Positions 19,303-31,000 of a stretch of DNA of 64,000 nt are shown in pieces. The notes beneath the pieces were generated by a model. It was not told the DNA's origin and ran no database searches. It saw only the letters and a program-made list of their open reading frames with translations. Both the position numbers and the translations under genes were made by a program. The stretch is from the IMG/VR virus record IMGVR_UViG_3300047550_001767, positions 24,674 through 88,673 of that record, one strand, 5' to 3'. The stretch is from a virus. How positions within the stretch are numbered: the first letter of the stretch is position 1; every line of letters begins with the position of its first letter.

Positions 19303-20238
19303 TTATGCGCCTGTAACTGAACCAGCAAGTGTAATTGTACCCCAAGTGTTTGACAAATTAGTTGTCTCTGGAGCCTGTGCTGTTAGTGTAGTTGCAGAAC
19401 CAGTTGATACAGAATATCCATCTGGAACTTCGTCCCAAACTGTATATAGTGTTACTACTGAAGGTGAGGCGTTTGAATTTACTGCGCCTATTACACGAAT
19501 AAATGTGCTTTGATATGCTGCTGGACCTGTACTTGCTGTTTGTGTAAATAGGGTAGTATTTGCAGTAGTCAATGCATAGAAACCTGAATTAGTTGAAATA
19601 GTTGGTGTTGATCCACCACCGCCTACTTTAGTTACACCATTGTAAGATACTGATGCAACTGTAATTGATCCTGATACAGGAGCACTCAATACTACTGTGC
19701 CTACGTTACTTGCTAGGTTGTTGAACAATAAGTCTATGTTTACGCCTGCTGGGTGTGAACAAGTAATTTTTAATGAGCCACCTGCATTGAAGAAATAACG
19801 TGCGGCATCTGCGTTAGCAAATGTAGCAGTATGTGTAAATGTTAAAGCGGCACTCCACGCACCTGAACGTGTGGCAGTATTTGCTGTGGTGCTGCCTACT
19901 GTTTGTGCATTTAATCTATTTGTATAGATAGTTTGTAAATTAGTTGGTACTGCCGATACGTATGTTATAAGGCCGCCAGAAACAGGTGCTGAAACAGAAG
20001 TTATGCTTGAACCTTGGTGTGTAGCGGCGTTTGAGGTTCTGTTTACTAGATTAGCCCATGTTGTTGCGCTCACAGTATCGCCCACTGCAACGTTTGCCAA
20101 AGCAGTTTGACCATAACCTGCATTGCCGCTGCCTGTAGCCCAAGTCGCATTTAATGTATTTGCTGTTGTTGAGGTAGGACCGCCTGTAAGATTGTTATAA
20201 TCAGTTGCTTGGACTAATCCAAATTGTGCATAAGTCAT
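19303..20238 (-). CDS. Virion structural protein (tail/fibre-associated, Thr/Ala/Ser/Gly-rich)
   Basis: beta-rich composition with GYGQ and ARYFFNAGG motifs. Preceded by GATAAATA; lies in the tail module. Confidence 0.7.
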   Translation of the reverse strand: MTYAQFGLVQATDYNNLTGGPTSTTANTLNATWATGSGNAGYGQTALANVAVGDTVSATTWANLVNRTSNAATHQGSSITSVSAPVSGGLITYVSAVPTNLQTIYTNRLNAQTVGSTTANTATRSGAWSAALTFTHTATFANADAARYFFNAGGSLKITCSHPAGVNIDLLFNNLASNVGTVVLSAPVSGSITVASVSYNGVTKVGGGGSTPTISTNSGFYALTTANTTLFTQTASTGPAAYQSTFIRVIGAVNSNASPSVVTLYTVWDEVPDGYSVSTGSATTLTAQAPETTNLSNTWGTITLAGSVTGA

Positions 20239-20265
20239 GTTTTTAACCCTATATTACGTATACAG

Positions 20266-20273
20266 TATTTATC
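20266..20273 (-). promoter_or_regulatory. Putative late promoter GATAAATA
   Basis: Variant of T4 late consensus TATAAATA in a short intergenic gap upstream of a structural gene; recurs before other structural genes. Confidence 0.6.
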
Positions 20274-20276
20274 AAA

Positions 20277-21206
20277 TTATCTAATAATTACTATGGCCTC
20301 TAATAGACCCTCGCCCTCAGAGTTTTTATTCTCAAGGGCTCTACCAATAGTATTAAAGGCAGTAGCCTCTCCCTCGTCTGCTCCACGTGCTAATCCGTCT
20401 CCTGCACTTACTAAACGCTGCCCCTTAAGTACCTTTCCTGTAACCTTTACTTTAACACGGCCTGACATAGCAACAGCGGGATGTGTTTTATCTGTACCTG
20501 CTCTAGCATTCATTAGATAGCCAGCAGAGTTAGAAATTACGCCAAATACATCTTCGGACAAATCATATCTGACTTTTCTAATTTCTTTTTGCCCGCCCAA
20601 TTCAACTACGGTTCCAGGGTCTAATTCTGTGTCAGCAGCAAAGCGTTCAGCCAAGTCAGCATAAGTTGAATTTAAACGTGAACCGCCTGTTAATGTCCAA
20701 TTTCCTGTAATAGTTCCTGGATTGCCTGAACTGCCTGTTGATATAACAGCAGTGTTTAAATTTCCTATGTTTGCTGTAGTAATATTAGCATTTCCAGATA
20801 CACTTATGTTTATACAGGCTATATTAGAAGTAGTAATAGAGTTTGTGATAGTGGCATTGTTAGCAGTAAGATTACCTGTAACCGTAACTGCACCGAAAGT
20901 TGTTGTACCCTCACTACTTGTGCTTGCTAATTCTGACCAATTTGCTGCAACTGTTTCCCCATCACTTGGACATACATATAATGTATTATTATTTGTGTTG
21001 TACCATAATTGACCTCTTAGAGGATTTGGGGGAGGGGTACTATCAGCAAAATTTTCAGTTAAATGTGTGAAGTTAGTATCTAAAATTTGACCATAACCAG
21101 CATAGTTACGACCGGGTAATCCCAATGAAGTACTATCTGTATTAACTTGGCCATCAGGAATTGTTGTTAAAACAGTTCCGTCACTTTTTAAAATCGTATA
21201 TGCCAT
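20277..21206 (-). CDS. Tail fibre/spike-like structural protein with C-terminal intramolecular-chaperone (peptidase G2/IMC-like) domain
   Basis: N-terminal GRNYAGYG...ENFA...P.NP..GQLWY, short beta-repeat stalk, then YADLAERF...PGTVV...VFGVIS...GRV.VKV.G...GQRLVS...IGRALE. Confidence 0.7.
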   Translation of the reverse strand: MAYTILKSDGTVLTTIPDGQVNTDSTSLGLPGRNYAGYGQILDTNFTHLTENFADSTPPPNPLRGQLWYNTNNNTLYVCPSDGETVAANWSELASTSSEGTTTFGAVTVTGNLTANNATITNSITTSNIACINISVSGNANITTANIGNLNTAVISTGSSGNPGTITGNWTLTGGSRLNSTYADLAERFAADTELDPGTVVELGGQKEIRKVRYDLSEDVFGVISNSAGYLMNARAGTDKTHPAVAMSGRVKVKVTGKVLKGQRLVSAGDGLARGADEGEATAFNTIGRALENKNSEGEGLLEAIVIIR

Positions 21207-21227
21207 AGAATCATAACTCCGCTAATT

Positions 21228-21235
21228 TATTTATC
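21228..21235 (-). promoter_or_regulatory. Putative late promoter GATAAATA
   Basis: In the 30-bp gap upstream of 21206, followed by a GGAG RBS. Confidence 0.6.
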
Positions 21236-21236
21236 T

Positions 21237-21851
21237 TTAAAGTGTTATCTGATTTGTGAGGCTCTGTATTCTCACAGTATAATCTATCTGTATCTGACGG
21301 TTAAGTGACTTCTGTACGGGGTGGAATATAACATGCGTTAATAGTCTTGTAATTACATTTCCATCATTGTCAGTTCCGTAATTAGCAAGAAGTCCTAATT
21401 CATCAAAAATAAAACTTGAATCTGTTTCTGTACTGTTGTCAAATGCCATTTGACCCGGGGGTTCACCGTAATCTAGTAAACACTGCACTAAAATGTCTGT
21501 ATACAATTTTCCACTAGTATGGTTTACTGTCATTTTGTTACGTGTTGGATCAGTATTTGATACACTTGTATCATCTACAATTTTAGCATAAGTTTCATTA
21601 TACAAAGCAGCGTTGGTGCCTGTAACGTTAGGAGGCAAGTATGTAATAATACCGGTCTCATCAACACTGGCGCCTCCATTACCAAAAGCCATTTGGTAGA
21701 TTTCGCCAATACCACGGTTACTAAGCGTGTCTGCTAGGGCTTCGCTCATGTTTTCGTAATTGATAGCATTCTTTTTATCTACGAATACTTCTAATGTATT
21801 AGGATCGTAAATTTTTAAGAATCCATCAATTTTATATGATAATGTAATCAT
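21237..21851 (-). CDS. Baseplate/virion structural protein (wedge-subunit-like)
   Basis: MAFGNGG, FDELGL, THVIFHPVQKSLNR.I.IDYT.RI; lies directly downstream of the giant baseplate-associated gene. Confidence 0.65.
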   Translation of the reverse strand: MITLSYKIDGFLKIYDPNTLEVFVDKKNAINYENMSEALADTLSNRGIGEIYQMAFGNGGASVDETGIITYLPPNVTGTNAALYNETYAKIVDDTSVSNTDPTRNKMTVNHTSGKLYTDILVQCLLDYGEPPGQMAFDNSTETDSSFIFDELGLLANYGTDNDGNVITRLLTHVIFHPVQKSLNRQIQIDYTVRIQSLTNQITL

Positions 21852-22015
21852 TAATCGTCAGCCCTCTTTTGTAACAACACTTCTTTAGTATTAGGATCAA
21901 AAATTTTTAAATGTGAAGATATATATACCCCATTATTTTCATTGGGTTTTTTACTATTATCTGCGTCCTTTTTTTCTTCAGATTTAACTTCTTTTCCTAT
22001 AAAATTATTTATCAT
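21851..22015 (-). CDS. Small 54-aa protein (missed by ORF track)
   Basis: MINNFIGKEVKSEEKKDADNSKKPNENNGVYISSHLKIFDPNTKEVLLQKRADD. ATG abuts the upstream stop, and its TAA overlaps the downstream ATG (TAATG), so it fills the gap exactly. Confidence 0.7.
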   Translation of the reverse strand: MINNFIGKEVKSEEKKDADNSKKPNENNGVYISSHLKIFDPNTKEVLLQKRADD

Positions 22016-25000
22016 TTAGGTTACATCCATATTTAAGAAATCAGGGGCTATACCTGATGCTATTTGCAAAGGGTCGCCCTTAGTTGTATTATATACACCG
22101 GGAATTGGATTCCAAGTTTGATTATAGTAAGTATTACTCATTTTATTAGCAGTAAGTAATCCATATATCGTTGTATATTTAGGTATTATGCTATTTACAG
22201 GCGATCCTTGTGCTCCGCGCTGAACATTTATAATATGGTTATTTAAGTCAACATTAATAATGTTCATATATTCGCCTTTTACATATAGTGTCTTGCCTTC
22301 TAGGATAATGATAGTCAATTCGTCGCCGGTCTCTATCCAACTTCCAGATTCAATACTGATGTAGGGTCCTATTCCAAAAACTTCTAATTTCAAGTAGTCT
22401 TGGTCAATATACCCTAGTCTTGCAGGATTGTTATTGAAAACACGTACCTGTAATATATCAAAACGTTTTACCAACAAGCCAATACTATGATAACCTAATA
22501 CAGCAGCAGGGGTAGTATTGTTTTGTGTTGTTGTGTCAACAAGTTTTGTTACATCATGTACAACTATATTAGTATCATACTCGCCCACAGTGTCGGCTAA
22601 CCAAGTTCTAGTATCTGTATTTGCTCTGTAGACTTTACCTTGATTATCTTTATCAACTATATTAATATATGTTTGAGCGTTTGGAGTTGCGCTTGGCATC
22701 ATGCTTGTAATTACAACTTCATCCGAACTTGAAATTTCTGTTAATATACCAATTTGGTTACCTTCGTAAATCACTAAGTTATTTGAGTTGACACGTTTGC
22801 CGGCTACTGTTACCCACAATCTGTCAGTATTTGTTTGTTCCCATTGTGTAACACGGATATTAATTAATGCCTGACTTGATAGTGTTAATGCTGCTCCATC
22901 TAATGTTGCACTTATTGTAAACTCATTTGTAAATTCATTTATACCTTTAATATAATACTTTTGTCCTGCTATGACTTGTGGTACAGATGTTGGATCTCCC
23001 AATTCAATATTATCCTCAGTAAAGTATACTGGGGTACCTGCAACTAATCCATCTACCTCAGATACATTTAATGTCCATTGTTCTGTAAGTGCGTTATAAC
23101 CTGATGAAGTTACATACATGTTTTCAATTATGTAAGTGGTATCTATCCATACATAACCACCGCTTATATAAGTATCAATATATTGAATTGGCGCTGACGT
23201 ATTGTAAGTTTGACCTGGGATATACTCGTATAATGCTATAGTTGTATTTGTTAATTTTTGAACTATAAATCTATCATTATTCAATTGAGTTGCCCCAACA
23301 CATCCATCAATGCGTATTACATCATTGTTAACTAAATTATGATTTGTACTTGTAGTGACTACTACAGGGCTTGCAAGTGTATTAATGCTAGTAATGGCAC
23401 TTGTTGTGTTATTTGTAAATGTATTTGTAAACAAATATTGTCTTTCAGTATCATTAAATGTTGTAACAGCAATATTATCTGTTATATTTGGTGATATTGA
23501 AACAAAAGTTATTTCTTGTCCAGCAAAGTTTATTCCGTATTGATCAGGGGTTAAACGTAATCCATTTATTTCTACAATAGCATTTTGTGGGTTATCTCCC
23601 CCAATAAAATTATCTAGTGTGTAGGGTCCCTGTGTTCCGTCACCATTAAATGTTTGAGTTTGTGGCAATGTATATCCATATTGCAACGGTTCTGTTTTGC
23701 CAAAAAATGAATAAGAAATATAATCACCTGCAATATCGTAATCTTTTGCAAATACAATCTTAGCATTAATTTGATTATCTGCTAACATTGCTGCATAATC
23801 ATTAGTAATAAAGATGGCTGTGCCTGAACCGTTTGTCAAAACTACTACGTTGCCATATTGATCTTCAATTGTAAATTCAGTAGCACTTAAAATTTCATGT
23901 ATATAATAAGTTTCTCCATGAGTTATACCACCAAAAATAGTATTTGAGAAAACAATTGGTTGATCAACAATTAGTCCTGATGTTGAGAACGTTACTATAC
24001 TATTATTTGAACTCTTAGTGCTAATGACATAATTAGTTAAACCAGAATTTAGTTTGATGCCATTACAGAAAACTGCAGGTTCAGTATAGAATTGTCCTGA
24101 AGTTTTTTGTATTACTACAATCATAGACCCTGTATCAGTGCTTAAGTCAAATGTTGGACCTGCTACACCCGAAATTAATGTGTCGCTAATAGTAATAGCT
24201 TTTCTGACTTCATTAATTGATTTGACATAATAAGGTACATTTGCTACGACTCCGCCAAATACTGCTCCCACAAATGTAATTTCATCGTTAACTGTAAACT
24301 GAGAAATGTCTGTGCAAATTATATAGTCATTACCGCTGTCTGTTTCGGTCGCCTCAACGCTTATTGGATAAGAGTCAGGTTGAACAATACCGTTACCATT
24401 AAAATCAAGTCTTGTATAGTTGCAATCAAGTGCTATTTCACTAAACCCTGTAACTTCATTTAGTTCAATAGGATCTTCGTCAGTGCTTGATTTTACAAGT
24501 TGATCACCATTGCCAACTTGATATACGTCAATTCTTAATTGTTCTCCTGCTAAAAGAATATCATTCAGAGTTACAGTTTTATTTACCCAGTCTACTGTAT
24601 AATCAAGTGTGTCGTATAGGCTTATGCCTACTCCATCTGTAACTTTAAATACGCTAATATATGCAGGGGTTTGTACAATATTCGCAAAAGTATACTCATT
24701 TTCTGTGTTTAGATCATAAATCGTTGAAACAACATCATAACCTACATGCGCATACTCTACAGCAGGCCAATTAGTACCTGCTCTAGTGTTTACTATTATT
24801 GTCACATTATCATCAACATTGCCTGGAACCATTTCTTCTGGACCATAACCTGCTTGGAAAGGATCTCCTACTACAGTATATTTTGGTTGAGGGCCTGTAA
24901 ATATTTGAGTATTATCCCAAGTAATTGTAGGTGCTGTTATATTTGTAGTTTGTAATACTGTGTTATTATTACCAACTATAGTCCATTCTCCCTTTTCAGA

Positions 25001-28000
25001 GACATATGAAATACCATTTAATGTTTCTGTAGTACCTGTAGTTTTTTGTACGAATGTGTTACCGTCTGTGCTGACTAATAATAGTCCATTCTCGCCTACA
25101 GCAACTAATGTATTATCAGCAAATAGTATATCATTTAATCTACCTGAAGTAGGAGTATTGACTTGAATCCAATTTATTCCATCTGTAGATTTAGCAATTA
25201 TATTAAAGTTGCCTACCACATAAATGTTATTAAAGCCGCTAGTTGCTGCGTACCAAGAGTACACTATACCAGAAGGTGTGGTGTTTTCCCAATTTAAACC
25301 ATCTTCGCTAATTAAAATTAATCCTGCTGCGCCGTTTTTTCCAACTGTAATATATCCATCAAAGTCGGCACTGGTTACATATTGTACGTCAAAAAGTTCT
25401 TGAGTACTTGCTAGTACACCTCTTTCAAACCACAACGTACCATTAGCACTAGTGACAACTTTATTTCCTGCGGCTACATAAAGATTGTTATGATATACAA
25501 CAGAATTTAATTCTAAACCGCTTGCTATTAAACGAACCTTATCAAACTCAATACTGTTTGCAGGAGTACCTAATGGTACTATGTAACCATTAGTGTTCCA
25601 GTTAACCTGATCTGAACTAATAAGTATTGGGGTAGGTTTATTTGTTGATGTTACAACATATAGATTCTGTACTTTTATAATGTCAGTAAAGTCTAAAGTT
25701 TGATTTGCAAGCACAGAAATTGCCCAGTCATCTGTAACTTCAAGGTCTGCAACCATACCTGAATATGCAGGGGTGTTTATAGGACCAATATAATTTGTAC
25801 CGTTGAATACTACCTTAGGAATGTTTATGTGTGTAATATCGAACGGTCTATCAACAAGTTGTGTATCTAACGCAAATTGTTGATCAGGTTCAAACTTATT
25901 TCCTTTATAAGTTGCATTTGGATAAGTCAAACCTGTAAATAATTGAGGCAAGTCTAATCCTGGCATATTCACAGTAGGTCTATACCATCCTACTGCTCTA
26001 TCTAGTGCGTTTAACTTACGATTTCCACTGTTTAATTCTTCCCATTTACCAAACATAAACTCACTGTCATTGTTTGATACTATACACATCCATACACGAT
26101 TATTGTATTTGACGATGCTAGGATTAAAGTAGAAGGGTTCAGATAGTAAAGCAAAACTACCCGCTTTAGCAACTACAGGTCCTTCACCTGGCAAATATGA
26201 ACCTGATACGGGAATGGTCACTGAAGAAATAGATATAACGCTACCTCCAGGATTATCACTTACACGTATTGTATTACCAGATTTATAAACAATATAATAC
26301 TTTGATCCTTCTTCTATAGTGAATCCACTGTCATTTAATTCTGTGAATACTATTGCGTCATTAATATCTAAATTCGTTGCGTCATACAAATTAATATCGT
26401 TTGTAGAAGATACAACGTTAGCGATTGTTGTTTGAGTAATACCCTCGTAAGGTAGTGTTAAGCCGCTTACCGGTATAGTTAATAGTGGATCACTATATAA
26501 TTTAAATGTATTTTCTCCATCAACCTTAACAAAGTAATTAGAAGTTAAACCAATTGGCGTTCCACTTGCAATTACTTTTGTTATAATTCCATTTGATTCT
26601 TCAGGTAATGACCAACTATAAGTCCCTGATACTAATGCATTAATTCTTGAGACTGTCAATATTAAATCATTGTCTGGTGTGAGTCCACCTAACGCAGTGC
26701 CTGGAATAGTTATAGTATTATTTTGAGTAAATCCTAAACCGCCGTCATTTATTATTACATTATAACCACCTAGTACATAACCAACGTCAAATGTAGGACT
26801 TTGAATAATTTCTTGATTTAATTTAACTGTGCTAATATCATCAGTAAGTACTACAGTTGCTTGACCGTTACCTGTTTGTGGGCTTGATGTGCAAGTAAAA
26901 TCTATTTTAAAGGCTGTACCATCTAGAACGCTGCTCATTGTTGATGAAACCTCAGCGTAAATGATGTCATTTTGTGCTACAGTTACATTAGTGCCGGCTA
27001 CAACACTCCAAAATAGATTACTTGTAGTATTAGTGTCATTAATAATGTAGTAATTTCCTGCTACAACTGAAGCAGTTGTGCCAACACCGCCGCCATATAA
27101 TACATATGTGGCACCCAAAGACTGCCAAGTTGCTTCGTCAGTCGTTCCTAAATTTTTAATTTCGTACTGGTCGCCGTCTATTAATGTGCCAACTGGTAAG
27201 TAAACTTTTGCTGAATTGCTACCTGTGCCCAACATATTACCGTTGCCGATAGTTGTGACTGTAGCCCCCTCCATTAAGACTTCACTTACTGTAAATGTAG
27301 TGCTGTTAATAATATATCTTACATAGTATGTAAAGTTAGGTACTAGATTTCCAAACACTACTGCGCCCGAAAATTTAATTGGCATACCTTCATATATCAT
27401 ATCAGTAGTATAATCGTCTGCCAAAGTAAGTACACCTGATTGACTTTCAGCATCAGTGGTCGTTACAGGTACAAAGTAAATTTTGTTGACAGTATATGTA
27501 CCTACTCCACCTGATCCAGTTCCATAACTTACGATGTAAGTATTTTCTTCAACTCCTGTTCCTGTAATTAAACTGCCCGGATATAGTGTGGGTGTTCCGC
27601 CAGTAATACTGGTTACATTCATTTCATCCCCAGTAAAAGTTGCTTCAAAACTTGTAGTTTCAGCAGTTGTAGTTTTAATATAAACTTGAATTTTACTTAC
27701 ATCATATGCGTAATATGTTTTACCTGTCTGTAAAGTAGAAATATTTGCATCTACAGTAAATGGGAAATTAGTATACATGCCCTTTATGCTTTCTACAGAA
27801 ATTATATTAGTTGACGCAAGGGCTGCATTAATGTTAGTTTGAATTAAATTACCGTATACCAAGTTGGCTCCAGTAATATTAGCAAAGTTTTGACTAGTTG
27901 GGTAGAAAGTTAATTGTTGTCCGTTTACTTGTCCTGGACTTACAGGTAGAGATAAAGTTACTGTACCATTAAATGATGAATTGGTTAAAGTTTTTGCTGT

Positions 28001-31000
28001 AGTTTGACTTGTAATATAGCAATAATTACCTGATGATTCTGTTACAACTCCAGTTGTAAATACAGGTCCGCCCTTTGTTTCACTTATTGTAATTTCATTA
28101 ACACCTATAGTTAAAATATAATAAATTTTTTGCTTTTCTATATTTCCAAATGTATTACTTGATGAACCATTAATAGATATGCTATCAAACACAATAGGAT
28201 CATCTATTGCCAAACCATTAGTGTTTTGTACAAACAGTTGGTTAGCAAGATTAGTAGATGTAACTATTACAGTAATAGGAGTGTCATTTTCACTTACACT
28301 AAATGATTCTGATCCTAACAATGATAAGACATAATAAACTCTTCCGTCCTCAAGGCCGCCGCCTAATGTACCACTAAATGTAACTGGTAATTTTTGATAC
28401 ATTCCAGTAGTACCAGCAGAACTTATTTCAGTAAGAGGTATGGTAACAGTATTGTTAGATGCACTAGTGCCTGTAATTTCTCTTATACCATTATATTCAG
28501 TAGTAATTATAGCCGTATCCGTTACTTTTGCTGTGTAGCAAGTTAGTGATACATTAGCATTTGGAGCTAATACTTTTGTTGGGCCTAATTCTGTTTCACT
28601 AATTTTGAATGAATTTAAATCATCTATTTCACTTACATAATAAGTAACTCCTGCAGTAATATTTGTTCCTACATTTCCAGTAAACTTAACTGGCATACCT
28701 ATTGTAAATCCTACAGTAGATCCTGAAGGGTATAAGTCATCAATTGATGAAGTATAAGATAACGTTATATTATTGTTTGCACCTATTGAATTTCCTGTAC
28801 GTTCAAATGACGACCAATCTAATTGTCTGTCATTTGACACATTAAATATTGGGAATACAGTACCTTCAGCACTAGCCTGCAATATGTTAATATCAGGTTG
28901 TACGGAGGCTAAACTTAAACTAGTGCTTGATGAGTTTAAGTAATACCCTACAAATTCACTACCGTAAAATGTATTTGGAGTCCAATCTGTAATTTGACTA
29001 GTGTATGAAGTTCTGTCAAAACGTATAGTTATATTATTTTCTCTGACAGGACTTGATGAAGTTATTGGAATTGCTCTTGCTCCAATATCAAATTTTTGTG
29101 TGCCTGACCCCTGAGATAGTAATTTTACACGATTTGTATCGTTGATACTATCACTATAACTATTATACAAAGCTAAAATAGTTGTTGGGTTAGAATCTAA
29201 AACATTGATGTAGTAATATTCTTTGTTTGACAACCCGCCAATGTTAATATTGCCTTCTATGTATCTTACCAAATCGCCAGTGGCTAATACAGGAGCATAA
29301 ATTTCAATAGTGTTAGTTAAAATGTTTACATTGCTGCTATTAAATTCAAAACTATCGCTAGGATCAATTACAATTTCTGGGGTAATGGCGTAGCCTTGTC
29401 CTGGATCTATAATATTAATACCAATAACACTTCCTGCACTCATTTCTGCTTCTAGTACCGCTTCAACTTTTGGCGCAGGATATTGTCCTAAATCTATTTG
29501 CGCTAAAACTCTAGGAGGATTTGCGTAATTTCTTCCGGTTTCTAGCAATACAACACCCGGTAAATTTATAAAAATTTGTGCTCCGGGTAAGTGATTTGTG
29601 ACTACAGTTTGGTTTACGCCTCTTGTTAGTCCAGTTATATAACCACTTAAACGATCTACTGATGCATAACTTATATTTTCTTCGCCTATAGTAATAGTGC
29701 CGTTGGCTGGGAAACTCTCAATGTTGCTTACAAAAATTACTTCACTTATAGTAGTGACGTAAGTTTTAATTGTAGAGATAGGATAATTATCTTGTCCTGC
29801 TAGTGATAGTCCATAGTTATTATACCATTCGCTATATTCCTGTTCTTGCCATACAGGGCTATCTGGCAAAAACTCATAATCATTATTAACTTGTTGATAG
29901 ACTAATTGAGGGCTTACAAATTTATTTATAGTGCTATCCCAAACAGCAGGCAAGTCAAAGTCTGTTAATGTTCCTGGATAGACGTTTGTTCCTGTATAAT
30001 CAAATAAAAATTCTTTTACGACGACATGGTAAGGTTTAGTTTCGTTTACATAACCTTCTAAAAACTGCTCATTGTCGCTAACAAAGTTTTCAAGTTCTTT
30101 TAACTCACGTACTTTATGAGATACATCTACTAAAGAAGTTTTATTTAACCAAGGCAAATAATTTTGATTTTCAACAGTTTCTTCCTGAATGTACTCAAAT
30201 AATAAGATTAAACTTTTATTTCTAAAAATTAACAATTCGTTTGTATAAATTTGTTCATTAAGGGCTCGCATTATCCAGCGTGTTTCTTCGCTTGGATATA
30301 TATCATAACTGTCTGTGTCGTAGAATGTACCACCAAATCCGTAACCTGCAGCCTGATAGTCGAACAAATCACTATTAAACTGTATGGTTCCGTTTTCTAC
30401 ACCGATTCTTACCCATGATCCTATAACGCCTGTATAAGGTTCCCAATAATTTACATCGGTAGGGAAAACATTAGGTGGAACATCTTTTAATGAGATATAA
30501 TTGGTATAATTATATGTTACAACCTTTTTAGCCAAATACGAACTTCTTGATAGATAATTGCCTTGATAATTTTCAATACTGTCATAACGATAGGTTTCTG
30601 TAGAACCCTTGTTGTTCATAGCAACGTTAACTATAGTGCCGTTGGCTACGTTTAGGGTAGATAAATCGGCATAAATTTGTACCTGTAACACTGGTTTAGT
30701 GCTATCGTCATAGCCAGGAGCCCACCAGTTTACATACTTCCAATAATTAGTTGTATTATAATAAGTTCCTTCTTTATTCAAATAATTGAAAGTTCGCATT
30801 TCAGCGATAGGATAAATTTTCATTATACTATTAGCATACTGCAAATAATTTTGCATTGCTTTAAATCTATTATAGAAGAAACTTTGTCTTGGACGTGCTA
30901 ATATTCCTGATTGTACTGCTTTAGGTAAGAAAGGATTTGGTACAGTAGCACCGCCTTCATCTACGCCTGCCATACTATCAAGCAATCTATCATATAAACT

